Shown here piece by piece: positions 26,791-38,918 of a DNA stretch of 46,106 bases. The translations under genes and the position numbers were made by a program. The stretch comes from Eggerthella sp. CAG:368. Its GTDB lineage: Bacteria; Actinomycetota; Coriobacteriia; Coriobacteriales; Eggerthellaceae. Each line of letters begins with the position of its first letter. Positions within the stretch are counted from its first letter, which is position 1. The notes beneath the pieces were generated by a model, which was given only the letters and a program-made list of their open reading frames with translations, made no database searches and was not told the origin of the DNA. Location of the stretch: positions 129,520-175,625 of the forward strand of contig FR895492.1 of assembly GCA_000434775.1 (NCBI GenBank), given 5' to 3'.

Positions 26791-28347
26791 CTACGCCTTG
26801 ACAAGAAGTGATTCTGCAGTCATTTCTTTCGGAGCTTTAATGCCAATCATTTCCAAAAGTGTAGGTGAAATATTGGAGAGAGAACCATGCTTGTCTTTTA
26901 AAGACAAGTTTTTATCGGAGTAGTTAATCAACACTAACGGAACAGGGGCGGTAGTATGCGCTGTAAAAGGCGTACCATCTTCAGCAATCATACAATCTGC
27001 ATTGCCGTGATCGGCAGTAAGTAGGGCTACACCGCCCTTTTCTTTTAATGCAGAAAGAACGCTTGCAACACCAGAATCAACGGCCTCTACAGCTGCCTTA
27101 GCCGCCTTAACAACTCCTGTATGACCTACCATGTCACAATTAGCAAAGTTAACGATATAGACATCTGCTTCATCAGCCATAATTGCATCATGCAAAGTTT
27201 GCGCAACCTCAGGCTCACTCATTTCGGGCTGAAGATCATAGGTGGCAACTTTTGGAGAAGGAATTAAAACTCTCGTTTCGTTTTTCTTGGGGGCTTCTAT
27301 TCCACCATTCAAGAAGAAGGTAACATGAGCATACTTTTCCGTTTCTGCAATATGATACTGCTTAAGACCCTCATCAGCCAAAACGTCAGCCAGAACATTT
27401 TCCGGACATTCCTTAGGAAAAGCAATTTCAGCGGGAATAGTTGGATCGTATTCTGTTAAGCAAACAAAGCGTGGCTTTACCCAATGTTCTCGCTCGAACT
27501 TATCAAAATTTTCATCGCAAAGAGCTCGAGAAATTTCTCGTGCTCTATCGGGACGGAAATTAAAGAAGACAAACGCGTCCCCTTCTTTTACCCCCTCATA
27601 CGAAAAACAAACGGGTTCAATAAATTCGTCGGTAACATCACGATTATAAGAATCGCTCATCATATCTTGGACCGAAGCATCACAAGCTCCCTCGCCTAAC
27701 CAGATAGCGCTCCAGGCCCTCTGAATACGTTCCCAACGATTGTCGCGATCCATCGCATAATAGCGACCAGATACAACACCAATTTTACAATCAACATTCT
27801 TTGGTAATTGAAGGATTTTTTCTTCGAGCTCAGCAAGATACTTCTTGCCACTGCGAGGTGGAACGTCTCGACCATCCATGAAGCAGTGAACACGAATTGA
27901 AGAAACGCCCAACTCGCATGCCATATCCAACAATGAATAAAGATGTTCATTGTTGGAGTGAACTCCTCCATCACTCAATAAGCCCATCAAATGAAGCGTT
28001 GAGTTATTCTCGCGAACGTACGAAAAGGCGTTAACTAAAACTTCATTTTCGTAGAGAGATTTATCTGCGCAGGCATTATCAATGCGTGAAAGCTCCTGAA
28101 ACACCGTACGACCTGCACCGATGTTTAAGTGACCAACCTCAGAATTGCCCATCTGTCCTTTTGGTAACCCTACAGGATTCCCCGAGGCATCAAGCGTTGT
28201 TTTAAAGCAGGTAGCAAAAACCTCATCCAAACAAGGGGTACTTGCCAAATCGATTGCATTGCCAGGACCAGCATCAGCAAGGCCAAATCCATCCATAATA
28301 ATCAATGCTGCAGGAAGGGTAAGTTCTGATTGAGAAGTGTTACTCAT
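26791..28347 (-). CDS. gpmI: 2,3-bisphosphoglycerate-independent phosphoglycerate mutase
   Basis: 518 aa with LIIMDGFG, GNSEVGHLNIGAGR, SDGGVHS and TADHGNA motifs. Confidence 0.95.
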   Translation of the reverse strand: MSNTSQSELTLPAALIIMDGFGLADAGPGNAIDLASTPCLDEVFATCFKTTLDASGNPVGLPKGQMGNSEVGHLNIGAGRTVFQELSRIDNACADKSLYENEVLVNAFSYVRENNSTLHLMGLLSDGGVHSNNEHLYSLLDMACELGVSSIRVHCFMDGRDVPPRSGKKYLAELEEKILQLPKNVDCKIGVVSGRYYAMDRDNRWERIQRAWSAIWLGEGACDASVQDMMSDSYNRDVTDEFIEPVCFSYEGVKEGDAFVFFNFRPDRAREISRALCDENFDKFEREHWVKPRFVCLTEYDPTIPAEIAFPKECPENVLADVLADEGLKQYHIAETEKYAHVTFFLNGGIEAPKKNETRVLIPSPKVATYDLQPEMSEPEVAQTLHDAIMADEADVYIVNFANCDMVGHTGVVKAAKAAVEAVDSGVASVLSALKEKGGVALLTADHGNADCMIAEDGTPFTAHTTAPVPLVLINYSDKNLSLKDKHGSLSNISPTLLEMIGIKAPKEMTAESLLVKA

Positions 28348-28373
28348 TCTTAATTCCTTAATTGCCTAATATA

Positions 28374-29147
28374 TTATTGAGCTACATGAGCAGCCTCGAT
28401 AAGCTGTTTGAAGGTGTCCGCTTTCAAAGCAGCACCACCAATAAGGCCACCATCGATATCTGCCTGAGCTAAAAGCGAGTCAACGTTTCCTGGGTTCATA
28501 GAACCGCCATAAAGAACGCGAGTAGCACCAGCTATTTCAGTATTAAAGAGCTCAGCAATAGTAGAACGAATGGCAGCACATACTTCTTGAGCCTGTTCAG
28601 GTGTTGCTGTTCTGCCTGTTCCAATTGCCCAAATTGGTTCATAGGCAAATACGATACTCTTCATCTCGAGCTCATCAAGACCAGCAAGAGCAGCCCTTAC
28701 CTGAGCACAAACAAACTCCTTATACTCCCCTGAATCGCGCAAATGAAGAGATTCTCCTACACAAACAATCGGAGTAATAGACGAAGCAACAAGAGCCTTC
28801 ACTTTACGATTAACTGCCTCGTCGGTTTCGGCAAACATCTCACGACGCTCCGAATGGCCAACAATGCAATATTCGCAACCAACTTCCTTGATCATAGGAA
28901 TAGAAATCTCTCCCGTATAGGCACCTGAAGATTCCCAGTGAACATTTTGTGCACCAAGAGAAATGTCGGTTTTATCGAAATCAAGGACAGTATAAACCGC
29001 CTTTAAATCAATTGAAGGTGGGCACAAAACAATATCTACGTTGTTCCACTTGCGGTTATACAAATTACAAAGCTGTTGAGAAAGAGCAACCGCCTCAGGA
29101 AGCGTTTTGTTCATTTTCCAATTGCCAGCCATCATATACGTACGCAT
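28374..29147 (-). CDS. tpiA: Triose-phosphate isomerase
   Basis: MAGNWKMN, VGHSERR, AYEPIWAIGTG and GGAALK motifs. SD AGGAGG is present. Confidence 0.95.
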   Translation of the reverse strand: MRTYMMAGNWKMNKTLPEAVALSQQLCNLYNRKWNNVDIVLCPPSIDLKAVYTVLDFDKTDISLGAQNVHWESSGAYTGEISIPMIKEVGCEYCIVGHSERREMFAETDEAVNRKVKALVASSITPIVCVGESLHLRDSGEYKEFVCAQVRAALAGLDELEMKSIVFAYEPIWAIGTGRTATPEQAQEVCAAIRSTIAELFNTEIAGATRVLYGGSMNPGNVDSLLAQADIDGGLIGGAALKADTFKQLIEAAHVAQ

Positions 29148-29156
29148 AGTTTCCTC

Positions 29157-30341
29157 CTATTTAAGAGCTTCAACTCCAGGAAGTGCTTCCCCCTGAACGA
29201 GTTCCATAGAAGCACCGCCACCCGTGGAAATGAAAGTCATCTGATCGCCAAGATTGAACTTATTCACGGCAGCAACACTGTCGCCACCACCAATGATGGT
29301 TTCTGCTTCTTTATTTGATGCTACCGCCATTGCAACCCCTTTAGTGCCAGCTTCAAAAGAAGACATTTCAAAAACACCCATAGGTCCATTCCAGAATACC
29401 GTTTTTGCGCCAACAATAGCATGAGCATAAAACTCAGTGGTCTCAGGGCCAATGTCCAAACCCATCATATCTTCAGGAATCTCAGAAACGGAGCAGGTTA
29501 CTGTATTGGCATCATTAGCGAAAGTATCAGCACAAACAACATCAGAAGGCAGAAGAATTGAAACGCCCGCCTTTTCCGCCTTGTCAAGCATCTGGGCAGC
29601 TCGATCAACCCATTCTTCTTCCATTAGAGAAGTACCTACTTTGTACCCCTGAGCGACCAAGAAGGTAAAACACATACCTCCACCAATGATAAGAGTGTCG
29701 CACTTATCAATAAGCGCATCGATAACAGCAACCTTGTCTGAAACCTTAGATCCGCCCAAGATGGCAACAAAAGGACGCTTAGGGTTATCGAGCATTGAGG
29801 TTAATGTGGTTACTTCCTTAGCCATTAATGCGCCAGCATAGGAAGGAAGATATGATGCAACGCCGGCAGTAGAAGCATGAGCACGGTGAGCAGCACCAAA
29901 AGCATCGTTAATGTAAAGATCAGCCAAGGAAGCTAATTCTTTTGCAAATTCTGGATCATTCTTTTTTTCACGTTTGTCGAAACGGAGATTTTCAAGCAAG
30001 ACGATTTCGCCATCCGAAAGAGCGTCAACCGCTGCATGGGCTTTTTCTCCAACCGTATCTTCGGAAAAGAAAACAGGAGTATTTACGACCGTAGAAAGGT
30101 ATTGCGCAACAGGCTTAAGCGAAAAGTCTTTTTCATATCCAATACCCTCTGGACGACCAAGATGGCTGCAAAGAATTATTTTCGCACCTTCATCAATAAG
30201 GTAGTTAATAGTAGGAAGCGCAGCTTTAATGCGCGTGTCATCCGTAACAGATTCTCCATTCAAAGGCACATTGAAGTCAACACGAACAAGTACGTGTTTC
30301 CCTTTAACATCTGCATCGGTATACGTTTTAATTGAACTCAT
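29157..30341 (-). CDS. pgk: Phosphoglycerate kinase
   Basis: RVDFNVPL, SHLGRP, GGSKVSDK, WNGPMGVFE and STGGGAS motifs. Confidence 0.95.
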   Translation of the reverse strand: MSSIKTYTDADVKGKHVLVRVDFNVPLNGESVTDDTRIKAALPTINYLIDEGAKIILCSHLGRPEGIGYEKDFSLKPVAQYLSTVVNTPVFFSEDTVGEKAHAAVDALSDGEIVLLENLRFDKREKKNDPEFAKELASLADLYINDAFGAAHRAHASTAGVASYLPSYAGALMAKEVTTLTSMLDNPKRPFVAILGGSKVSDKVAVIDALIDKCDTLIIGGGMCFTFLVAQGYKVGTSLMEEEWVDRAAQMLDKAEKAGVSILLPSDVVCADTFANDANTVTCSVSEIPEDMMGLDIGPETTEFYAHAIVGAKTVFWNGPMGVFEMSSFEAGTKGVAMAVASNKEAETIIGGGDSVAAVNKFNLGDQMTFISTGGGASMELVQGEALPGVEALK

Positions 30342-30437
30342 GAAAAACCTTTCAACACCTAAAAAGGGAGCCCTCGAACGAGATGCTCCCTTTTGTTTCT
30401 TTTAGAAGTGATCGTTGCAACCTAACTAAGTACCCAA

Positions 30438-32456
<2,019 letters not shown>

Positions 32457-32478
<22 letters not shown>

Positions 32479-33587
32479 AGCTTAAACACCCCCGCAAAAG
32501 CTTGTGCAAGAGCTTCGGGATCATGCCACGTTGGGCGAAGAGGATCAACCATATTACGAAGCAAAACAACAATACCCTGCCGCTGAATTTGGTTAATATC
32601 TTCTTGTGTTACCTTCACGCTTTGAATTTTTGATTTCAGTGGAGTGCCTTTTCGCTCTTCTGAATAGCGTGTATTAAGTGCGCCTTGACCTGCAATAGCC
32701 TCAAACGAACCCGTTGCAAAACGAGCACTGGAAGGTTTTGAAACGGTATGAATAAGCACGTAATCCAAGATGCCAGCCATACCATGTTTCAAAAGTGCCT
32801 GAACATGCTCAAGGGCACTTAAGCCCCATGTTTCCCCTTGCTGATCTGCTAAACTGCAAACAAAAAGTGTTTTAGCCCGAGACTGCGAAATGGCGTCAAT
32901 AATCCCTGGAACAAGCAGATTAGGAATAATGGAAGTAAAGAGCGATCCAGGTCCTAACACAATCAAATCAGCATCACGAATAGCTCGCAAGGCTTCCATA
33001 TAAGGCATGCACTGCTCGGGCGATTCTAACCAAACAACATCAAGCGCCGTTGGTGATTTGCAGGCATTGGCCTGCCCTTTCAAAATCATTCCATCTTTGG
33101 TTTTGGCGCAGAGAGTAATATTGTTAAGCGTAGAAGGATACACATGTCCCTGCGCATCGAGCAAACGACCGCATATTTTAATTGCCTCAGGAAAAGAACC
33201 CGTGGCATTTTCTAGAGCTGAGAGCATAAGGTTGCCCAAGGTGTGGTTACGAGCAAATTCAAAACGATATTTAAATGCCTTCGTGAGTGGATCATTAGGA
33301 TCTTTCGCAAAGGCAGCTAAGCATTTTCGAATATCACCTGGTGGCGTTACATGAGCTTCTTCACGAAGAATTCCTGTCGATCCTCCGTCGTCTGCCATAG
33401 CAACAACTGCAGATGTTTGAACCCCCATTTTCAAGAGTGTTCGAATGGAAACCGGAGCACCCGTTCCACCACCAATAACAACTGCTTTTAGAGAGCTGTA
33501 ATCTATATGATCTTGGGTTAGGTCAACCGATACCGCCTGAAATCGTTCAGTTAGCGCTGGGTCATGGGTAAAAGGAGGCTTGATCAT
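32457..33587 (-). CDS. yvcK: YvcK/CuvA-family gluconeogenesis factor (CofD-like, UPF0052)
   Basis: 376 aa with VVIGGGTG, DDGGSTG and LGPGSLFTSIIPNLLVPGI. Its ATG overlaps the rapZ stop (ATGA). Confidence 0.88.
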
Positions 33588-34543
33588 TTGGTTGCCACCT
33601 TTGAAGTGTCTGCCAAAGCAATGTCACGGTGAGCAACCGTAACATTGTATTCTTGACCCTTAAGAAGCTCGGCAGTTTTTTCTGCCAAAGCAACGCTTCT
33701 ATGCTGACCCCCCGTACATCCAACACCAATAGCAAGATGCTGCTTACCTTCAGCTACATAACCAGGCATAACGCAATTAAGAAGGTTCTCCCAAGCAATA
33801 AGAAACTTCTTCGTTTCTTTATTTTCTAGCACATAGTCACGAACAGGCTTATCAAGACCTGTAAGCCCACGAAGCTCAGGAATATAGAAAGGATTCGGCA
33901 AAAAGCGAACATCAATTACGATATCGGCATCCGTTGGTGCGCCATGCTTAAAACCAAAGGAATATACAACAACATTCATGCCATCTTTATCGGTTTCTTT
34001 TGAGTACAACGAGCGCAATTCTTCGCGTAATTTACGAGGATTCATGTGTGTAGTATCAATATAGGAATCCGCAATATCTTTAAGTTCATGCGTGAGACTG
34101 CGTTCATGCTGAATTGCCTGAGAAATTGTGAGAGCATTATTGACACATAACGGGTGACGTCTGCGGGATGCTTTGTAGCGTGCAACAAGCGACTCATCCG
34201 ATGCATCAAGAAAAATAATTTTATACGTTACGCCTGCAGTTTTAAGATTATGAAGCTCTCCAACAAGCTGTTTGAAATACTCACGATTTCGCGCATCACA
34301 AACAATAGCAAGCCTACGCGCAAAATCATTCTGGCCTGGCAAGCTTGCCAAACTAACCATATTCATAATGAGAGAAGGAGGAAGATTATCAATGCAAAAA
34401 TAGCCCAAGTCCTCAAACGTGTGCATCGCTTCAGTTCTTCCGGCACCGCTCATTCCCGTGATAATAACGACATCAGGACCAGGATGGCCTCCTGCTTCAA
34501 CCGTGCCAGTCGCAAGCTTTTCTTCAATAGGAGAATCACTCAT
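33584..34543 (-). CDS. rapZ: RNase adapter / nucleotide-binding protein RapZ (YvcJ)
   Basis: Walker A TGMSGAGRT, FCIDNLP, DVRFLPNPFY and CTGGQHRSV. It overlaps the uvrC stop by 8 nt. Confidence 0.9.
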   Translation of the reverse strand: MSDSPIEEKLATGTVEAGGHPGPDVVIITGMSGAGRTEAMHTFEDLGYFCIDNLPPSLIMNMVSLASLPGQNDFARRLAIVCDARNREYFKQLVGELHNLKTAGVTYKIIFLDASDESLVARYKASRRRHPLCVNNALTISQAIQHERSLTHELKDIADSYIDTTHMNPRKLREELRSLYSKETDKDGMNVVVYSFGFKHGAPTDADIVIDVRFLPNPFYIPELRGLTGLDKPVRDYVLENKETKKFLIAWENLLNCVMPGYVAEGKQHLAIGVGCTGGQHRSVALAEKTAELLKGQEYNVTVAHRDIALADTSKVATK

Positions 34544-36470
34544 GCAAATCGTTTCCTTCTATAGGATTATTCTTGTTTTCATTATACTGCCTTAATAGGG
34601 TAAACAAATCTTCAGCAACCGCATCAGGCAAAACACCCAATTCTTTGATTTGCTCAAGCGACATCTTTCTTAACTCAGTAAAGTTACCAGCAGCTTTAAG
34701 TAGCTTCTTTTTTCGTTTTGGACCAAGTCCAACCACTTCATCTAGAATGCTCGTAGTCATTGCTTTACGCCTGAGTTCACGGTGAAAGGTAATTGCAAAA
34801 CGATGGGCTTCATCTCGCACCTGTTTAACAAGATACAAACTAGGAGAGCCACTCGGCAAAACCACCGGACCGCTCTCCTGCCAAGGAACAAACAGTTCCT
34901 CGTCGCGTTTAGCAAGGCCACAAACAGGAATATCGTCCACTCCTAAATCTTTAAGTTGGCAAAGAGCTGCCGTAAGTTGGGGTTTACCCCCATCAACAAT
35001 AATCAAATCAGGCTTTTGAGCAAACTGACTATCCTTCATTTTTTGAGCGTTGTAGCGCCTATCGAATACTTCGCGCATCATGGCAAAGTCATTTGCTTCA
35101 TCGGTTTGCATGCGAATTTTGAAACGTCGATACTGCGCCTTATCAGGCCGTCCATTCGTGAAAACAACCATTGAAGCAACTGAATGTTTGCCGTGAATGG
35201 TTGAAACATCGAAGCATTCAATTCGATAGGGTGGATGTTCAAGAGCTAATGCGCTCTCAAGTTGCAATAAAGCAGCATTGATACGCTTATCGTCATAGCT
35301 GCTTCGTGCCTTATAACGCAACAAAGCATGACGAGCATTTTTTTGAGCAAGAGCTAATAGAGCATTTTTTTCACCACGTTGCGGAACCGTAAAATGCACC
35401 TGTGCACCATGAGTACTCTCGAGCTTCGTAGTGAGCCACTCTTCAAGCACCTCATAATCTTCTGGCATTTCACCAATGATGAGTTCGTGAGGAATGGATG
35501 AAGTTGAATCGTAATAACGAAGTAAAAACATACGAAGTAATTCATCAGAAGGAACATCGTTGCCTTTATTGAAAATAAACTCGTTACTGTTTATTACACT
35601 TCCTTCACGAACAATCAGCACAGTAATTCCTGCAATGGTTTCTTCGCGATAGACGCCAACAACATCCGCATCAAGACGTCTCGAAGAAACAGCATGCTGC
35701 TTATCTTCAAGAGATTCAATGGTTTCAATATTTTTTTTGATTCGAGCTGCTTTTTCAAAATCAAGCGCCTCGGCAGCGGAAGACATTTCTTCATAGAGCT
35801 CTTCTAAAAACTCTTTTCGCTCACCCAACAAAAATCTCTCAATTTTTTTTACGTGTTCTTGGTACTTATCAGGGCTAATACGACCACAACAAATCCCAGG
35901 ACCTAAGCCAATATGAGCGTCAAAACAAGGTCTTGCATCAAATGCAACATCCTCATAAGCAACATCCTGTAACTGTCGATTTAAGCGGCGCCATTCTGCA
36001 CACGAATACGTGCATAGGGGAATGATTTTTCGAACGATGTCGATTAAATTTCTTGCTGCCCTGCTATCAGTATACGGACCAAAATAACGCGTAGTCGGCT
36101 TATGAGCCTCGCGCGTATATTTAATAGCTGGAAACACATCCCCCTTGGTTAAGGCGATAAAAGGATAGCTTTTATCATCTTTAAAATCCGCATTAAAATA
36201 AGGAGAGTATTGCTTGATCAGGTTTTTCTCTAAAACAAGGCTTTCGTGCTCGTTATCCGTGACCACATATTCAAATGAATCAATCTGAGAAACCAAGAGA
36301 GGAATTTTCACACGAGAATCTTGGTAGTTTACATATTGACGCATGCGAGCTCTAAGCTGTTTAGCTTTCCCCACATAAATCACCATTCCGTCTTTATCTT
36401 TCCAGAGGTAAACCCCAGGAAGCGCAGGAACGGAAGCAAGCTGTGCTTTTATTTCATCCAGTGAAGCCAT
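34536..36470 (-). CDS. uvrC: Excinuclease ABC subunit C
   Basis: 644 aa. GIY-YIG N-terminus (PGVYLWKDKDGMVIYVGKAKQLRARM), a UVR domain, an endonuclease V-like domain and a C-terminal HhH2. Confidence 0.95.
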   Translation of the reverse strand: MASLDEIKAQLASVPALPGVYLWKDKDGMVIYVGKAKQLRARMRQYVNYQDSRVKIPLLVSQIDSFEYVVTDNEHESLVLEKNLIKQYSPYFNADFKDDKSYPFIALTKGDVFPAIKYTREAHKPTTRYFGPYTDSRAARNLIDIVRKIIPLCTYSCAEWRRLNRQLQDVAYEDVAFDARPCFDAHIGLGPGICCGRISPDKYQEHVKKIERFLLGERKEFLEELYEEMSSAAEALDFEKAARIKKNIETIESLEDKQHAVSSRRLDADVVGVYREETIAGITVLIVREGSVINSNEFIFNKGNDVPSDELLRMFLLRYYDSTSSIPHELIIGEMPEDYEVLEEWLTTKLESTHGAQVHFTVPQRGEKNALLALAQKNARHALLRYKARSSYDDKRINAALLQLESALALEHPPYRIECFDVSTIHGKHSVASMVVFTNGRPDKAQYRRFKIRMQTDEANDFAMMREVFDRRYNAQKMKDSQFAQKPDLIIVDGGKPQLTAALCQLKDLGVDDIPVCGLAKRDEELFVPWQESGPVVLPSGSPSLYLVKQVRDEAHRFAITFHRELRRKAMTTSILDEVVGLGPKRKKKLLKAAGNFTELRKMSLEQIKELGVLPDAVAEDLFTLLRQYNENKNNPIEGNDLHE

Positions 36471-36478
36471 GAATAAGC

Positions 36479-38548
36479 TTAAACGTGGTCCTCGACGTCG
36501 ATCATCATTAAGCTTACGTTGTCACGCATTTCTTTGGCTTGAAGACGCGTTAGCTGACCTGAAGCATAATGATCTTGAATCTCTTGAATTTCGTACTGAA
36601 GTCCTTTTCGTTGAATTTCCCTTAAACGGCTCTTTTCCCCTAAAACTCCAGGAGATTCAACATCTTCATCGCTCGACTGAAGAATACTCAACACCGTTTC
36701 ATGAGAAATCATCAACTTGGCAACAACCTCACTCGGATAGTTCGGATCATTCACAAGCGAGCTTAAAAACTCAATAGCATATTCTTCGCCCTTAATACGG
36801 ATTTTGCGCATTTCTTCATCGTTGAGATGAACATCTATATTGAACAATTCAGCGATTGATTTTTTGATCGCTTGAAAAAGCACACGAACGCGACCAAGGT
36901 ATTTTTGAAAAGACCAGAGTGATTCCTTCTCATGCGCAAGAAGGTACTTTTGCTGCATTATGCGTCTTAGATACGTAAAGCAAAGGTAATAATCAACCTC
37001 ATTTTTGTTGGACGCCTCAAGCAATTTATCTGCCTGATAATCGATAACCTGAATTCTTAACTTTGTTGTAGAAGGTGGCTCTAAATCACTTGCGTCACGA
37101 ATGGAAGCAATGCGCATGTTGTACGATCGAATAACGTCATTTGTTTCGCGATCAATATCATCATCGGAATCTGCGATTAACCGCTCGATAACCATTCGCA
37201 ATATTTCGATCTTAATAACCTGAAGCTCTTTTGTTTTCTCATCTTCATCATCTTCTTTAGGAGCCAAAACTGGCAGAAGGAAATTTGCCAAAAGAAGAGT
37301 GCATAAAATTACGCCAGAAGCCAAGAAAATAATGAGTGATCTTTGAGGAAAATCAGAACCATCCGATAAGAAAAAAGGAATGGAAAAGATAATCGAAAGC
37401 GTGATGGCACCCTTTGGCCCACCAACAGTAGTAATAAGAGCATTACGAATAGTGTTTTTGGTGAGTTTATCGCGCTTTCCCGTTTCAGGGTTTCTCGCAA
37501 CACAGGTCATTCCAAGGGCCCAAAGGAATCTGAGCACGACAATCAATGCCGTAATGCCTAAAACATAACCAATAACAACAAAGTTATTGATATAAACATC
37601 ACCCCACGTTGATTGCATTGCCATGGGAAGCTGCATACCAAGAAGAACAAACACAATGCCGTTAAGAGCAAAGCCAAGGACTTTCCATACACTTGAAAGT
37701 GCAATGTTCAAACGTGAACGATACGGGGAAACTTTCTTATCATTATTAAGCGACCACACAATGCCACACGCTACAACAGCCAAAATGCCACTCACTCCAA
37801 TGAGCTCCGAAATAAGAAAGACAACAAACGGCATAGAAACCTCAAACAAAACATGGAAGGTAATGTTGTCGAGGCCTAAATCGCGAATTTTAGAGGAAAT
37901 AAAGAGGAACAGAACAGCCAAAATGATACCCAACACAATGCCGCCGATAAAGCTAAAGAGTAGCGATGTAGTGGCATCGAGAAGAGAAAAGAACCCCGTG
38001 ACAGCAGCAGCGATTGCAAACTGAAATGAAACAACACCCGAGGCATCATTGACAAGCGCCTCTCCTTGTAGAATTGCACCTTCTCGTCTCTTAGGTTGAG
38101 CCTCTTGCTTGAGTGCTTGTACCGCAACAGCATCAGTAGGCCCTAAAGCCGCGCCCAAAGCAAAAGCGGCAGCCAAGGGAATAGAAGGAATCAGAGCATT
38201 AACAGCGAAGCCAACACAAAGAGTGATAACAATAACGAGGCCAATAGCAAACGACAGAATCGTCCCTTTGTTTTCCCATAGATTCTTTTTGTCGGCTTCA
38301 AGCGCATCACTAAACAACAGTGGAGCAATAAAGAGAATAAGGAACAGCTCAGGTTCAATATTGATAGTAACGGGCGAAATTGCCAAAAACGCAATTACAA
38401 CACCAAGACCAATCTGAATAAGAGGCAATGAAACTTTGGGGACGAACTGGTCAACAATCGATGAAATAAGTACCGCGATTCCTAATAATAATATCAGTTC
38501 AAAAGTCGCCAAATGATACTCCCAGCATGCGCAAATTTCTTTTCTCAT
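36479..38548 (-). CDS. CPA1-family Na+/H+ (cation/proton) antiporter with a long cytoplasmic C-terminal domain
   Basis: 689 aa. About 12 TM in the first roughly 430 aa (FELILLLGIAVLISS, ALGPTDAVAV, LVNDASGVV), then a soluble tail of about 250 aa. An alternative TTG start at 38512 has GGGAG 6 nt upstream. Confidence 0.85.
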   Translation of the reverse strand: MRKEICACWEYHLATFELILLLGIAVLISSIVDQFVPKVSLPLIQIGLGVVIAFLAISPVTINIEPELFLILFIAPLLFSDALEADKKNLWENKGTILSFAIGLVIVITLCVGFAVNALIPSIPLAAAFALGAALGPTDAVAVQALKQEAQPKRREGAILQGEALVNDASGVVSFQFAIAAAVTGFFSLLDATTSLLFSFIGGIVLGIILAVLFLFISSKIRDLGLDNITFHVLFEVSMPFVVFLISELIGVSGILAVVACGIVWSLNNDKKVSPYRSRLNIALSSVWKVLGFALNGIVFVLLGMQLPMAMQSTWGDVYINNFVVIGYVLGITALIVVLRFLWALGMTCVARNPETGKRDKLTKNTIRNALITTVGGPKGAITLSIIFSIPFFLSDGSDFPQRSLIIFLASGVILCTLLLANFLLPVLAPKEDDEDEKTKELQVIKIEILRMVIERLIADSDDDIDRETNDVIRSYNMRIASIRDASDLEPPSTTKLRIQVIDYQADKLLEASNKNEVDYYLCFTYLRRIMQQKYLLAHEKESLWSFQKYLGRVRVLFQAIKKSIAELFNIDVHLNDEEMRKIRIKGEEYAIEFLSSLVNDPNYPSEVVAKLMISHETVLSILQSSDEDVESPGVLGEKSRLREIQRKGLQYEIQEIQDHYASGQLTRLQAKEMRDNVSLMMIDVEDHV

Positions 38549-38653
38549 CTTTTATTAAAGCAAATAGCTTATAAGAAAACGAAATAAGCAAATGATTTGC
38601 ACAACTGCCATTATTGTTTCCGTATCTAGTGTCGTACTTGCGGGCGAACTCCT

Positions 38654-38680
38654 AAAAACCATCCACAGGATGGTTTTCTT
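38654..38680 (-). terminator. Hairpin terminator downstream of the tRNA-Lys remnant
   Basis: AAAACCATCC (38655-38664) pairs with GGATGGTTTT (38668-38677). A T-rich tail follows on both strands. Confidence 0.55.
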
Positions 38681-38763
38681 AACGGAATTCCACCCTAATG
38701 GGTTCGAGTCATGAATGTCTCATGAAAAAGAAAAAGCTCCATTGCTGAAGCGTAGTTTCAAAA

Positions 38764-38808
38764 TGGTGGACCGTCGGGGACTCGAACCCCGGACCTTGGG
38801 ATTAAGAG
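38764..38808 (-). other. 3' 45 nt of a tRNA-Lys(CUU) gene: attachment-site junction of the integrated element
   Basis: The reverse complement is CTCTTAATCCCAAGGTCCGGGGTTCGAGTCCCCGACGGTCCACCA. That covers anticodon loop CUCUUAA, the 3' anticodon stem, the variable loop, the T-arm, the acceptor 3' strand and CCA. Sequence 5' of the loop (…ACAATCCGCT) cannot form the anticodon stem, D-arm or GGACCGT acceptor strand, so the gene is truncated exactly where the element begins. Confidence 0.8.
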
Positions 38809-38918
38809 AGCGGATTGTATCGTCTCGTAACGTCTTCTTATATATAAAGAAGCTGGTCATTGCGGATTATATACTCTTATTTTTTGCCCCTTAGTGACCA
38901 AGATGTGACCATTTCTTT

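Noticed and set aside
38690-38712. GGTTCGAGTC T-loop-like string upstream of the antiporter
   Set aside because: The flanks cannot form a T-stem, an acceptor stem or an anticodon arm, so it is not a tRNA or tRNA fragment.
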